From the NCBI GenBank assembly GCA_946965045.2, contig OX337237.1, positions 1,736,001-1,800,000 on the forward strand: a stretch of DNA of 64,000 nt. The letters are read 5' to 3'. The translations under genes and the position numbers were made by a program. The notes under the pieces are model-generated. The model made no database searches. It was not told the DNA's origin and saw only the letters and a list, made by a program, of their open reading frames with translations. The number at the start of each line of letters is the position of its first letter. Within the stretch, counting starts at the first letter, position 1. Below are positions 21,601 through 32,405 of this stretch, in pieces. Source of the DNA: Epithemia pelagica. Lineage: Eukaryota > Protista > Bacillariophyta.

Positions 21601-24134
21601 ACGGAAGGTCCCAGTGTACTTACCACCGAGGGCCCCACCGTTCTTCCAACAGAAGGCTCGACGAATCGGCCCGAAGATGGTGAAGAGGAGGACGAACAAG
21701 TTCGGCAACTAGAAAATACTGACTTCTCAATTACTGTTGTCGAGTCAAGGTCAAATTTTACAGAATCTGATGGAAATTCCATTCATTGTGATTTTCGGTG
21801 GCTGGAGCGAGGAATCGCACTTTCTAATGTTGATCAAGCGGACATCCTGGAACAAGCTTTCTTTCTCAAAGTGAGTGGTACAAAACAGAATAATTCAGGA
21901 ACACGTGAGGTGACAGTGATTGATACCGGCAATGTCACAAAAAGTAATCAGTGGCAACTTGGGCCACCCCATGGTTCTTGTGGTGGACAGGATAAAGTGA
22001 ATGGAGTAGGTGGACGAGTGGGTGGTTTGTTCCCCAACTGTCCAGCACAAGGCACGGCGCTAGTGTTGCAACGCCATGACATTGTTGGTGTGGAAGGATG
22101 CATCAACTTTGACTTTGTTGACCCAGTCGATCTCAAAGGAATGGGAATACTGAACGTCCCAGATGAGGGAACTATTACAATCAGTGTAAGTTTGAATACT
22201 CACTGACTTCATTTCACGTGGATGCTTTGGTGCACAAACTTCTAATCGACTTCGTTATTCTAAATTTATACACTGCAGATTACGGATGCAGACGGAGATG
22301 ACTGCATCATCACAAGTCCAAAAGAGGCAGGACGAAATTCCCTTTGGTTTGTCAACGCAACGGATTCAAACTTTCAAAGGAAGAGTGCCGTGTTGATGTC
22401 TGTTTGTTCTCCGACTGTCTTTGCGATCTCTTTCCTTGATTTTGTACATCGTGGAAGGGGCGTTGAGGAGGAGCTGGTTCCTGTTTTCGCAGAATCCGAT
22501 GAAGCACCATCGGAAAAGGTTGCCGCCCCATTGTCCGAGGCGAACGGCACGGCTGCTCTTCCTTCCGCGGCAACGAATGCATCATCAAAACAATGGGTGG
22601 AAGCAGATTCTGTCATTTTCAATGAAGCTATGGAAGTTCTTACCGAGGAGGACATATATTCGGTTTCTGAGGTGGAAACGTGGGCTGATACACCAACCAA
22701 ATTTGTACATTGCGACTTTGCTGGATTGGTGGAAGGTGTAGGTCTGTCTGACGTTGATCAAAGGGATATTCTCGAGCATTCCTGCGCCTTTGCCGTGACT
22801 GGCACTAATGCTGATACGACTGGCTCTCGGTCTGTAAATGTGTTGGATAGTTCCAATATTTCGCGTCGTGATGGCGTGTGGGATCTTGGTTCTCCCCACT
22901 CGTCTTGCGGTGGACCAGCGAACGTACCAGGGATCAATTGTACATTTTCCAACTGCATGTCCCAAGGAAATATTCTATACGTGGAAGAAGAAAACATGTC
23001 CTCAATGAAAGGTGGCTGTATGAACATTGATTTCGTGGACCCTGTTCAGATAACGGGAATAGGGGTTTTGAACATGCCAAACGAAGGAACAGTGAGGGTA
23101 ACGGTATGTCTCTCAAAATTTATCGAGAATTTGTTGGCTGAAAATTTGTCTCATCCTGTTTTGTTTTCTTCTTCTAGACCATAGATGCCGATGGAGTCGA
23201 CGGGGTCGTGACATGCCCTGGGAGCGTTCGACTGAATTCATTTTGGGTAGTGAATGAGACTCATCCAGACGTGGACAGCCGACGTGTTGTATTCGTTTCT
23301 ATTTGTTCGCATGTGGCAGTTGGATTAGCCTTCGTCGATTACTACAGGACCGATCATAGACCGAAATCGGCAGCTACGGAGGCACTTCTCAGTCAAAGTG
23401 TCACCCCAGATGAACCATTGTCCAACTTTTCCAGGTGTAATGGTCATATCACTGGCTTCTCACTAGTGGAAATCTCAGCACGTGGTGATATCGGCACGGT
23501 TCTTCCGGGATACGAATCCTTGTTCAATGGCCAGCGAGTGATTCCGTCGGAGCTTCCAGAGCATGTGGCCGTTGTGGCCCTTACTGGAAGCGTGGTAGAA
23601 ACTGTCCAGTTTATTGGAATTGGACAAAATGTTTCTGTAGCATCACGTCCGTTCCTGCAGCGAATGGCGGGAGATTGGCTTGGGTCGGCACAGGTGTCAG
23701 TAAAGATCCAAGCCAATGCGTATGCTCAAAACAAGACGAAAGTTGGATCATGCGAGGTTGAACTTGAAGTTGAATCGCCGCCCGTTCCATCTTCGGAAGT
23801 TGTGGACTGTGGACCGGGTGTGACAGGCTTCTTATTGCTGGATCGTGATGGGAATATTATCCCTGGATATGATCATTTGAAAAATCGCCAAGTCATTAGT
23901 GGGGAAGGACTGCCCCAAGGCGTTGATGTCGCAGTTCATTACGGAGAGCTGCTTGGAGCTGTGAAGTACGAAACGGACATATTGGATGATGTTTATGAAA
24001 CAGACTACCCTTTCCGTGTCAACGTAAATAACTTCCATGTTCCCGGAAAATACCATCTAAAGGCACACGGATACGGCGACCAGGACTTTCTATCTAAACT
24101 GAACAGCTGTGAGATCTATTTTGAGGTGCGTTGA
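18664..24134 (+). CDS. Large secreted or membrane-anchored mucin-like surface protein, 3 exons (18664-22185, 22279-23103, 23178-24134)
   Basis: N-terminal hydrophobic segment and Pro/Thr/Ser-rich stalk with PTEGP(T/S)VL repeats. Then two homologous Cys-containing domains (DLGSPHSSCGG...NC...GC.N.DFVDPV) and two related C-terminal domains (..GFxLx...PGYxxLxNxQxI). GT-AG introns keep the frame. Confidence 0.85.
21046..21660 (+). repeat. Coding minisatellite: 25 full 24-bp units plus a partial unit, organised as a 72-bp trimer
   Basis: Units counted from the translation PTEGP(T/S)VL. Synonymous codon pattern cycles every third unit (acc/gag/ggc; aca/gaa; acg/gaa/agt/gta). Confidence 0.95.
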
Positions 24135-24304
24135 CTGTCTCATACGCAAGGAGTGCATCAGCAGACTTTTTAGAGATAGACCGTTTCATAATAGTAGGAT
24201 TACAATTTTATGATACTGGATAGCGTCTCAATCTCAATTCATTCACCACTGTTTTTCCCAAACTACTGATACAAGCGCTACTTTGTGCAGGGCAAGCAAA
24301 TGCT

Positions 24305-25321
24305 TCATGTCTGAGTTGACGCTGTCACATCCATGGTGAAGTCATAATTGATTGTGGGGATGATGGAATTGACAAATTTCAGGAAGATGAAAAGGTACAT
24401 TTCAACCGTGGGTTCATCGCCAGCTGCGGATCCCTTTTCACCTGCAGATTCAACCGAGGCTGCATTGGAGGCTCGAATCAAATTCTGTACAATTCGTTTC
24501 ATAACCTTGCCATGTTGACATGGATGAATGGAAGCATGCGGACCAGCCACATGCGGATGATTCTCAATTGTCACAGTTTTGTTGGCATAATCTGTCATGA
24601 CATCTTCCATCATTTCTTTTGCCGACAGTGGTTGCCCCGAAGCCGAAGTCCCCACCATCCAAACACGAGGGGTTTGGTAATATTTGTCATAAGTGATACT
24701 CAAATCGTAGGTTCGCACCTTGAGTAAATTGTCTGAGCCATTATTATTGCCTCTCGAGTTTGCACCACTATCAACTGCCGTACCTGTGGCTGCATCTTCA
24801 TCGGCCAGTACATTGTCATCCTCAAAATCCACCATGTCAGCGTAGTCGTTTTCTTCCTCTGGTGGATCTGTCGGCGGTGCGGTGGCTGCAGGTTTTTCAG
24901 GTTGTTCGACAATCTCTCCTGTTTCATCAACAATGTCAAAGTCATCTTTAATATTGTTCGGTTCTGTATCGGGTCGTAACACTGTGGAAATAAGCCACTC
25001 GTCGTCGTCAGCGTCAGCATTGTCTCCAGCATTTGCCTTTTGTCGCTGTAGAACTTGAGTCAGTTGTTCTTCCAATTGCCCCACTCGAGTTTGACAAGGC
25101 ACATTTCTTGTCACGAGATATTGCTTGTTCGGTGGCAAATAACTGCGTTGTTTGGAGGCATCTCCCGATTCCCAACTCCAAGTGGGGCAACGAAAGACCA
25201 ATTCATCCCCGGCTCGAACAAATTCGTCGGGTGTCAACACTCCCTTTTCAAGAAAGGCAGTCTTTGTTCTCATGGGATAGGCCCATTCTCGGACGCCTCT
25301 CAAGTAACCCAGCGTAGTCAT
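24305..25321 (-). CDS. ATG3: Autophagy E2-like enzyme ATG3
   Basis: FLEKGVLTPDEFVRAGDELVFRCPTWSW; RTYDLSITYDKYYQTPRVW; catalytic HPC in ASIHPCQHG; YLFIFLKFVNSIIPTINYDFT. Confidence 0.96.
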   Translation of the reverse strand: MTTLGYLRGVREWAYPMRTKTAFLEKGVLTPDEFVRAGDELVFRCPTWSWESGDASKQRSYLPPNKQYLVTRNVPCQTRVGQLEEQLTQVLQRQKANAGDNADADDDEWLISTVLRPDTEPNNIKDDFDIVDETGEIVEQPEKPAATAPPTDPPEEENDYADMVDFEDDNVLADEDAATGTAVDSGANSRGNNNGSDNLLKVRTYDLSITYDKYYQTPRVWMVGTSASGQPLSAKEMMEDVMTDYANKTVTIENHPHVAGPHASIHPCQHGKVMKRIVQNLIRASNAASVESAGEKGSAAGDEPTVEMYLFIFLKFVNSIIPTINYDFTMDVTASTQT

Positions 25322-25607
25322 TGCTCACTTTTTGCTCACGGATACTTGTGGATGTTTGTCACTCCTCAATCGGCAACAATAGATTCTTCTTCCTCTTTTC
25401 CGTAAAACTGTTCGTGTGAGACACTTTGACGGGTCTCACCAGAGATCCTTACATCCAAGCGGGTCGTTAATCATGCGGGATTGAGCTCTCCTGAAACGTG
25501 TAAAAAAACCACCGACCACTCATAAGGAGAACTCTGAGTTGTCGGTTGATCATCGTCTTTCGTTCATTTTTCTTTTCCCTCGTTGTTTCCCCCGTTCATG
25601 TTTCGGT

Positions 25608-26986
25608 ATGCCTGAGCTTCCCGAGGTAGAACAGTTCCGAAAGGTAAGGTTACGACAGAAATCAACAAGCTAGTTTTTCCATTGGTGCAAAGCGTTGTCA
25701 TGTCGAGCAGCGATAACAAGATCCTTACTTCTTTTCGACGTCATTTTCTTGTGACAGATTCTCTTGCCCCTTATTTCCCAGTCCAAATGTCTCGATATTT
25801 CCTTGGAGAATACGGACAAACCTCCCCGAGTGTCCATATCCTCAGAGGAAATTGATGTCCTTAAGAAAGCCAAGGTGGTGTGTACGGACGTTCTACGCAA
25901 AGGTAAACAAATATGTATGGTACTAAAGCCGTACGCGACTTGTCAAGGCACGACGAGCAACAGTTGTCCACCCGATGAATACTTTTATTTGTTTCTACAT
26001 ATGGGAATGACTGGCTCGATCAAATCTCCTGGAATCCTCTCTTGGCCATACTGGTCCTTTGAAGGAGGCGCTCAAAGCAGATGTGGAGGAGGAGGCCAAA
26101 AATTTTCCACCTCAGTATGCCCGTATGACGTTTCGAGCCGGCGACTATCTTGCTGGTAGGTGACGTGTAATGAGCATCCAACTCATCGGGTTGGTGAAAA
26201 CAAAATTTCTAACCTCGTACCTTTCTGTGAAATTGAAACAAAGCTTTTTGTGATCCACGAAAATTTGGTAAAAGTCTCTTGTCCAAGGATTTGTCCAACA
26301 GCTTTGACGACCTGGCTCCTGACGCCTTGTCGATCACTCAAAATGAGGCAGAATACAACAACGCTTTAAGGCAGCTCACCAACCAATCCACTGGCATCAA
26401 GAGTCTTTTGCTGGATCAAAAACGTGCTGTATCGGGTGTGGGAAATTGGGTGGCCGATGAGATCCTCTACCAGATCAAAATGCACCCCGACCAATACTAT
26501 CTGACCGAAACACAGGCCACTCAGCTACTGGAAAAATTAGAAGAAATACTAGCCATTGCGGTCGATTGTCTGAGAAAAGGCGAGTCGTATCCTTCGTCGT
26601 GGTTGTTTCAATACCGTTGGACCAAGAAGAAGGCGGGAAAAGATAGCATGGGTAGACCTCTTTCATTTTTGAAATCTGGTGGACGAACATCTGCCATTGT
26701 ATTACCTGATCAGCGCCTGAGAAAATCTCAGAAACCGTCCACCAGTCTGCAGGAGGGAGACGACTCTAACAAGGACCGCTTACAAGCATCTGGAACAACA
26801 TCTGAAACTGGAAGGCGGAAACGCAAAAAGACGAACGACAGTGAAGGAGGGGCACCCCAACGCAACAGAAGGACAAAGCATGAGACATCCAAGAGTAGAA
26901 AAAAGGGCTCACACGCAACTGGCTCACCTTCAACCTCTGAAGAATCCTTGCCCATGCGCCGAAGTCCCCGATTCGTTTCACCCTAA
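25608..26986 (+). CDS. FPG: Formamidopyrimidine-DNA glycosylase (Fpg/MutM, eukaryotic zincless-finger type); introns 25644-25757 and 26156-26243; 1-nt frameshift at about 26037
   Basis: N-terminal MPELPEVE; RKGKQI; HMGMTG; FPPQYARM; FCDPRKFG; H2TH KSLLLDQKRAVSGVGNWVADEILYQ; GGRTSAIV in place of a Cys4 finger; basic C-tail. Confidence 0.9.
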
Positions 26987-27713
26987 AATATTTCTCCTCA
27001 TTATTTACCCTCCTTTCCATGGAAGAGTTCACTAGACTCCTAGAGAGGAGTACAAAGATTAATGATCCACCTACCGCTATGTTTTTCAGGGATTGGGGGG
27101 ACGACAGGTAGAGGCAGTATATTCGTCCCGTAATGTCTGTTTCTCCTTGTACTCCCTAGCATGTGTTGCGTCCTACTTATTCGTGAATGATGGATGATTA
27201 TACCGATGCACAAAATAAGCCGAATCACGAAAATACAAAACTCATACTCCGCTTGGGAGTGACGGATGACGCTCGTGAAACTTGGATTTTTACCTTGTGT
27301 TTTGCGCTGTTTTACTTTTGCCGCTATCGATCATAGTAGTGTAGTCTTACCAGTACAATCCACATGGACTGTCTCACGGGCATAGATATTTCAGTGTCTT
27401 GTTGGTGTCCATTTTCGTTCGAGGCGAATCTTCAATCAACGGCACTTTTCGTGCACAAATGCGTGCACTTTGCGGTGCAAGGTGCGCGGTCAGACCCAAA
27501 ACCCTGAAAGGGAACCATCATCGCCACAGAAGTTCGTCGCACCAACTGGGTCCTCATCCTCGTTGCCCCCCAAAATACGAAAGACCAAACCGCAGACGAA
27601 CAAGAACCTACCAAGTTCCAAAGTCGGAAAGAGACCTGCATCGTGGCTTGTAGCCCAAAAAGGTCAAGTTGTGGAACGATCAGCACACAAAAACAGAGAA
27701 AGCAACAAAAAAC

Positions 27714-29495
27714 ATGACGACTCCCGGCCAAAGTCAGAAATCGCCTCGAACCGTAATCAACGACGAAGATGGGCCGTCTGATGGACAAACGGAAGTCTTT
27801 GTATCCCCCAGCTACTCCTACTCCTACGATACCGCTGATGAGGAGAAAAACCACCCAATCGAACGAGAAGTGGGGCAAGATGAACCTGAACCAGAACCAG
27901 AAGAGGCCGTCGCATCTACCGAAAACGCCCCTCAGAAACATAGCTCCTTCATGGACGCTGCAACCAGCGAGGCGTTGCGACCTTTTGTGATTATTTCAAC
28001 GTCCTACCTGCTTTTTACCATCACCGATGGCGCCATTCGTATGATTGTGCTATTGCACGCCTACAACAAGAACTTTTCGGCTCTTCAAGTCGCCATCATG
28101 TTTACTCTGTACGAACTAGCCGGTGTGGCGACGAACCTGGCCGCTGGTGCAATGGGAGCCCGTTGGGGTATTAAGTTGACGTTAGTACTCGGATTGTGTT
28201 TGCAGTTGCTCAGTTATGGTCTCTTGTACGGTTGGCAAGATTCATGGTCGCAGACCACTTCCATTATATACGTTACCATTGCTCAAATGTTTGCTGGTGT
28301 GGCGAAGGATCTGACAAAGCTTGGAGGCAAGACAGTCACCAAACTCGTCACTCCGGAAGAAAAGGACACACAGCTTTTTAAACTGGTCAGTTTGTTGACG
28401 GGGTGGAAGAATTCTCTAAAGGGCGTGGGGTACTTTTTGGGAAGCGCCCTACTTCAGTTTAGTTATGAACTTGCTTTGGCGGTCATGATGGGTCTCGTGT
28501 TGTTGGCTCTGCCATGGGCCATCATTGGCCTTTCGAAAGATTTGGGAACGGCAAAATCGAAGAACGCTACGATGAAAGATATTTTCAAAATGGACAATCC
28601 AAATCTGAATATTCTGTCGGCGGCCCGTTTGTTCCTCTTTGCTTCTCGTGATTTCTGGTTCGAAGTTCCCTTGCCGTTTTTCCTGCGGAGTCCCTCTTGT
28701 GAAGGTCTGGGCACACAAGTTTGTAGTACAGATTCGGATTGTGGGTCAGGGGCTGTGTGTGACTTGGGTGCACTGGTGTGCGAGAATCTGAACACTGGTG
28801 GTGGCTGCGGAGGATTGTCGTTGGACCGTGTCATTGTGGGGGCCTTTTTGGGTGGCTATATCATTCTGTATGGACAAGTTCAATCGTGGACACCCCAGCT
28901 TGTGACAGGACCATTACGCCAAACTCCACCCAACAAACTAACCGAAGTCTTTTGGGGTATTATCAACTGCTTCCCGACGCTTGCTGCTGCAGTCGTTATG
29001 CAGTGGTCACCAATGTTCGACAACAACCGTACGGATCCCATGACCGTTTTCCTCGTTGTGGTAATTATCAGCTTTGCGATTGTCTTTGCGATCAACTCGT
29101 CCATCCATTCGTTCCTTGTTGTAAACTATGCAAGTAAAGACAAGGTAGCCGTGTCAGTGGGATTTTACTACATGAGCAATGCAGTCGGACGTTTATTTGG
29201 CACCCTGGGCAGTGGTTTACTTTACACCTATGTCGGCGAAGAACTCAACGAGTTCTCAGGGAATGATGCCGTGGCAGCTCTAGCCGCTTGCTTCTTTGCA
29301 GGCACAGCGAGTAGCCTGTTGGCAGCACTCATCACAACGAAAATCAAGGACCAAAAATCAGGCCTCATGTGTGGTCCTTGTTTGACCTTGGTCAATGCCG
29401 AAGAGACCGAGATAGAAGAAGAAGTGGTCAATGACCAAGATAATGAAGTGTCTACCAACAACCCCAAAACGCAGTCGGCAAAGTCGATAGCATGA
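27714..29495 (+). CDS. arsJ: MFS transporter of the ArsJ (organoarsenical efflux) type
   Basis: YLLFTITDGAIRMIVLLH, LYELAGVATNLAAG, GVAKDLTKLGGK, LFKLVSLLTGWKNSLKGVGYFLG, ARLFLFASRDFWFEVPLP, FAINSSIHSFLV and VGFYYMSNAVGRL follow the ArsJ motif series as I recall it. About 12 TM segments. First ATG at 27714. Confidence 0.8.
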   Translation: MTTPGQSQKSPRTVINDEDGPSDGQTEVFVSPSYSYSYDTADEEKNHPIEREVGQDEPEPEPEEAVASTENAPQKHSSFMDAATSEALRPFVIISTSYLLFTITDGAIRMIVLLHAYNKNFSALQVAIMFTLYELAGVATNLAAGAMGARWGIKLTLVLGLCLQLLSYGLLYGWQDSWSQTTSIIYVTIAQMFAGVAKDLTKLGGKTVTKLVTPEEKDTQLFKLVSLLTGWKNSLKGVGYFLGSALLQFSYELALAVMMGLVLLALPWAIIGLSKDLGTAKSKNATMKDIFKMDNPNLNILSAARLFLFASRDFWFEVPLPFFLRSPSCEGLGTQVCSTDSDCGSGAVCDLGALVCENLNTGGGCGGLSLDRVIVGAFLGGYIILYGQVQSWTPQLVTGPLRQTPPNKLTEVFWGIINCFPTLAAAVVMQWSPMFDNNRTDPMTVFLVVVIISFAIVFAINSSIHSFLVVNYASKDKVAVSVGFYYMSNAVGRLFGTLGSGLLYTYVGEELNEFSGNDAVAALAACFFAGTASSLLAALITTKIKDQKSGLMCGPCLTLVNAEETEIEEEVVNDQDNEVSTNNPKTQSAKSIA

Positions 29496-29895
29496 TCTGT
29501 CGCTTGGTAGTGTGAGCTTTACTTGTCAACTTTTATGTTTACAGCATGTATTAATCGATGATAAAAAAGGAGAAGTACATTGAAGCATGGCAAGTTCTAT
29601 GTTTCGGAAGGACAAGCATGTGATAGTATTGACATTCATCTCGTTCCAGTTGTAGTAATAGTACCAATAGGAAGGAGTACAAAACGCAGTCGGCAAAGTC
29701 GATAGCATGATCTGTCGCTTGGTAGTGTGAGCTTTACTTGTCAACTTTTATGTTTACAGCATGTATTAATCGATGATAAAAAAGGAGAAGTACATTGAAG
29801 CATGGCAAGTTCTATGTTTTGGAAGGACAAGCATGTGATAGTATTGACATTCATCTCGTTCCAGTTGTAGTAATAGTACCAATAGGAAGGAGTAC
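29466..29895. repeat. 215-bp head-to-tail tandem duplication covering the last codons, stop and 3' UTR of the ArsJ-like gene
   Basis: Copies at 29466-29680 and 29681-29895; the only difference I found is ATGTTTCGG versus ATGTTTTGG. Confidence 0.95.
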
Positions 29896-30345
29896 ATTGA
29901 TCAACGCATCCCACAAGTTACAGTGTTCATTTTGCTAGAGGCTAGTAGGAGTAGTTGCACCACAAGGGACAAGGATTTCTCACGTATACGGTTTACGCCC
30001 CATCGAGGCCTTTCTCATTTCTCATTTCTCACCGACGGGATGGTTCATGGTTTCCGTTTTCCGTTTTCCGTTCCGCTTCTAAAGTTTTCCAAAAAAACTC
30101 AAAAAATAGCACAAAATCAGCCCAGTAACCAATAACATAGGAGTAACTGACTTGAGGATCACAGGTTGCCAAGTGTCAAGTCATGATCTCAAGCTTGCAG
30201 ATGGTGAAGTGAATATCCGGTGTTGGGTAAAACAAAATCTGATCTCGAGGATCAACGGAATTGCGGAGACGATAAAGGCTTTTCTTCGGTTCGCAATCCT
30301 TGTTAGTTGGTTGCTTTTGTATCGCGCCAAATCCCCAACCACACC

Positions 30346-31229
30346 ATGTTGACCTCTCGTGCTCTGTGTCAATTGACCCGTCTTCGTACTCCGACGACGA
30401 CAACAACGGGACTGTTTGGAAGCATCGTTCATCGCAAGTACCAGCACAGGGACGTCGTGTCTTTACCCAATATGACTACTGACTACAGCATTGAAGATGC
30501 GAAAGACGATACGGGGGTCGATGACAACGACATTGTTGGCGATGACGACGAAGTTTGGCACTACCTCGACAACATTCCGGAAGCAAGTTTGGGTTACGGT
30601 TGGTTCGACAATGAAATGGCATTATTGTGTCAATCTGTCGACCTGAGTACCCGCAAGTTTACGAATAGTCCTCGTCCGTACGACAAGCGACCAGCCGATG
30701 TTCCTGCACAGCATCCGATACGGGCGGTGGCCAAAGTCCTGGATTTGGCCCCTCCGGATTCGACCATCCGGATATATTGCTACGCCTTGTCGGACCCCTT
30801 TGAATTGGATCTATTCACTCATCATGGGGGGGATAAAACCGTCAAGATCATCATGCAGCCTTGTGACCGGTCCGTTGGCCGCATCAAAGATTTTTGAAGA
30901 GGTTTGAAAGGGTTAACAGCTACGATGTCTTTTACTCGCGAGTCCAACTTCGAATTGCCGACACTACCGAGCGCGGGTGCACGCGGTACTCTTCCAGGCA
31001 CGACAAAAGAGTGATGACAAACAAGAATTGCCTGGTTGGATCATACGACATGACCCCTGTGGCTAGGTGTGCGAACTGGGAGGAAATGGCCTTGACCGAA
31101 ACAACCCAGCACGAAATCGACGGTTTTGACGCCCTTTGGGAAACCCTGCGAGGTCGTGAAATTGAAAGTGTTTATCCATCTTTCTACCCCGATACATTTA
31201 GAGTGCCAAAACGTCGTCGCGAATCATAG
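30346..31229 (+). pseudogene. Single-domain phospholipase D/Nuc (PLD6/Zucchini-like) protein with a frameshift in a T5 run at 30891-30895
   Basis: IRIYCYALSDPF...VKIIMQP joins KRFERV...SSRHDKRVMTNKNCLVGSYDMTPVARCANWEE, a variant of HxK(x4)D(x6)GSxN..A...N.E. Arg/Thr-rich presequence-like N-terminus. Confidence 0.6.
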
Positions 31230-32405
31230 TTCAATTTATGCGATGCTGTCCCTCATTGCGTTGAACAAATCATACGACGTAAATTGGAATTGTTCTTCGA
31301 TTTTATTTGCGTTTATTTCGTTGCCTTTCTTGGGGAATATCATGCAAGCAGGGTTAGGGTCTGTAATGATAATGGCAATTGGAATATTTTTTAAACGAAA
31401 TACAATTTAGATTTTGCCTGAGTTCTAAGCGATGAGACGCTTGAGCACTTCAATTTGATGGGTGTAAATAATACTCGTCTACGACAATCCTCGCTTTTTT
31501 GCGAGTATCCGATCAACGAATGGCAACTGTCGGGGTATGGTTGGATCCGCCGAAGCTGATTTCGACAATGCTGTACCGAAGGAAGCTTCCCAATCCTTTT
31601 GATTTGGGGCAAGGAGAACGTGTCCGTTCCCTACGCAAATTGTATCCGAATGAAAGAGATTGCCTCCGAGTTAGGCACCGCAATATCAGAAGTCTCCTTT
31701 GACGGAATGCCTAAATCCTAAAAGAGCCTGCGCTTTGGGAGTACAACTTTGGGCTTCAAGATCCTAATATCCCCCTTCCGCGTGGCATCGTCAAAGATGT
31801 GACTCCACCAGAAAAGCACACAATTACTGAAGAGCAGCTTCAAACGCTCGAAAGAGACGGTAATGTGAATCGTCGAAAATCGAAAACGACTTGGAAACAT
31901 TTGCGCACTCGAATCTTAGGCCAACGTCTGCGCACCCTAGAAATGTGCTATGAAAACGAGGAGAGAATCTTGACGGATTCTTATGACAGGAATTATGTCC
32001 AAGCCTTAAATTTGTTGTGTACTTGCGAGGCCTCAGGCTCCCATGGCCGTGCCCTTGTTGTTGGACAAGTATATCAGACAAAATCAGACGAGACATGGCA
32101 ATATGCCACTGCCTTCGTACTTGCTTGATATGCAAAAACCGAACATAACAGCTGGCGATAACATTCATTCCGTTCTCGTCCATGCATTAAGTGTTACATT
32201 TTCACCACCCCCACCTCCCGCAACGGAATAGACCAGCCCCATTTTACTTGAAGGATGTGGAAAAGTCTTTGAGAGTTGTCATTCCTGTAGCTGCGGTGAA
32301 AAAAGCCAGTGATAAGTATAGGGGGAACAATTTCTCGTTCAACTTTTTTATTTCCGTGGACAACTTCTCAATGTCGCATGATAGGCGGTCCCACTGGGCT
32401 TCGAT

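Noticed and set aside
21046-21660. Possible CRISPR-like array
   Set aside because: Units are contiguous and in-frame coding, with no unique spacers and no cas genes; eukaryotic context.
20826-21782. Long antisense (318 aa) and alternate-frame (251 aa) ORFs over the PTEGP repeat
   Set aside because: Shadows of a stop-free repeat unit; no independent coding evidence.
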